Shown here piece by piece: positions 63,601 to 64,000 of a stretch of DNA of 64,000 nt (positions within the stretch are counted from its first letter, which is position 1; each line of letters starts with the position of its first letter). This DNA comes from Ranitomeya imitator (taxonomy: Eukaryota). Below the pieces are notes generated by a model. That model made no database searches. It was not told the DNA's origin and worked only from the letters and a program-made list of their open reading frames with translations. A program made the position numbers and the translations under genes. The stretch is taken from positions 179,118,001 through 179,182,000 of the forward strand of contig NC_091289.1 of the NCBI RefSeq assembly GCF_032444005.1, read 5' to 3'.

Positions 63601-63971
63601 TACGTTTTTTTTTTTTTAAAAAAAGATTTTCTAATATCTCTTCCGAAGATATTTTCTCTGTCTCTCCCTATGACAACACTTCCGGGCTGGTGCATTTCAC
63701 AGTGCCTTGTTCGCAGCCCACTAGATCTGGAACCTAATGTTATGAGCAGTGATAGACGTCGATCTGATGATTGGCTGCTACGAGGCGCAGGACCCCCATG
63801 ATAATACCCCCGTGCCCAGCTTATGGCCGCTCGCTCAGTGCTGCCTCCTGGTGGATGGGCTGTATGTCATGTTTCCCTCTCTACTGTGCAGAATTCCGGG
63901 AGACCCGCGCCGCTCAGGATTTCTTTGCTTCGTGTCGGAGCCCCGAGGTTTGCTGTGAGCTGACGTTACAG
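60633..63971 (+). CDS. UROD: Uroporphyrinogen decarboxylase, exons 1-3; continues beyond the right edge
   Basis: Exons 60633-60655 (MEQPEHL, donor GTGAGT), 63105-63217 ([37 protein letters not shown], 113 nt) and 63892-63971 ([27 protein letters not shown], 80 nt). [10 protein letters not shown] is the URO-D family signature, and the phases are consistent. Confidence 0.95.
60905..62420 (+). repeat. 28-bp CpG-rich minisatellite in UROD intron 1
   Basis: (GCACCTCTGTATCGCACGGCCGGCGTCT) about 54 copies. Confidence 0.97.
62765..63005 (+). repeat. G-run-rich repeat in UROD intron 1
   Basis: GGGGGCTGCTGCGGGACTGTGGGG units with long G runs. Confidence 0.85.
63403..63573. other. Assembly gap (171 N) in UROD intron 2
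   Basis: Run of N. Confidence 1.
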
Positions 63972-64000
63972 GTAATGCTGGGGATGGTGCTGGGAGGGAA

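Overview
This is vertebrate genomic DNA, most likely an anuran (frog); I infer this from the repeat landscape of TTAA-type MITEs, Harbinger MITEs, Tc1, a tRNA-derived SINE and CR1. It holds the syntenic block EIF2B3 (-), HECTD3 (-), UROD (+), in the order I recall for human 1p34. I assembled the exons by hand from GT-AG boundaries and phase. EIF2B3 has six coding exons here and runs off the left edge. HECTD3 is complete (21 coding exons, 2538 nt, 845 aa). UROD shows its first three exons and runs off the right edge. Most of the rest is repeats: at least ten different minisatellite/satellite arrays, three decayed Tc1 transposons, nested MITEs, a SINE and a young 5'-truncated CR1 LINE. Nearly all long ORFs in the supplied track, including the 2,600-aa ones, come from stop-free repeat units. 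I cannot demonstrate a new multi-gene system. The best leads are: (1) an orphan promoter and first exon at about 22.6-22.7 kb, possibly an unannotated small gene between HECTD3 and EIF2B3; (2) a candidate 8-codon upstream HECTD3 exon; (3) paired hammerhead-ribozyme-like motifs in an inverted-repeat element inside a three-level transposon nest; (4) a 4.5-kb palindromic satellite; and (5) a 21-kb satellite/LINE block separating the normally close head-to-head HECTD3 and UROD genes. All family and ortholog calls rest on remembered sequences and motifs, not on database searches.
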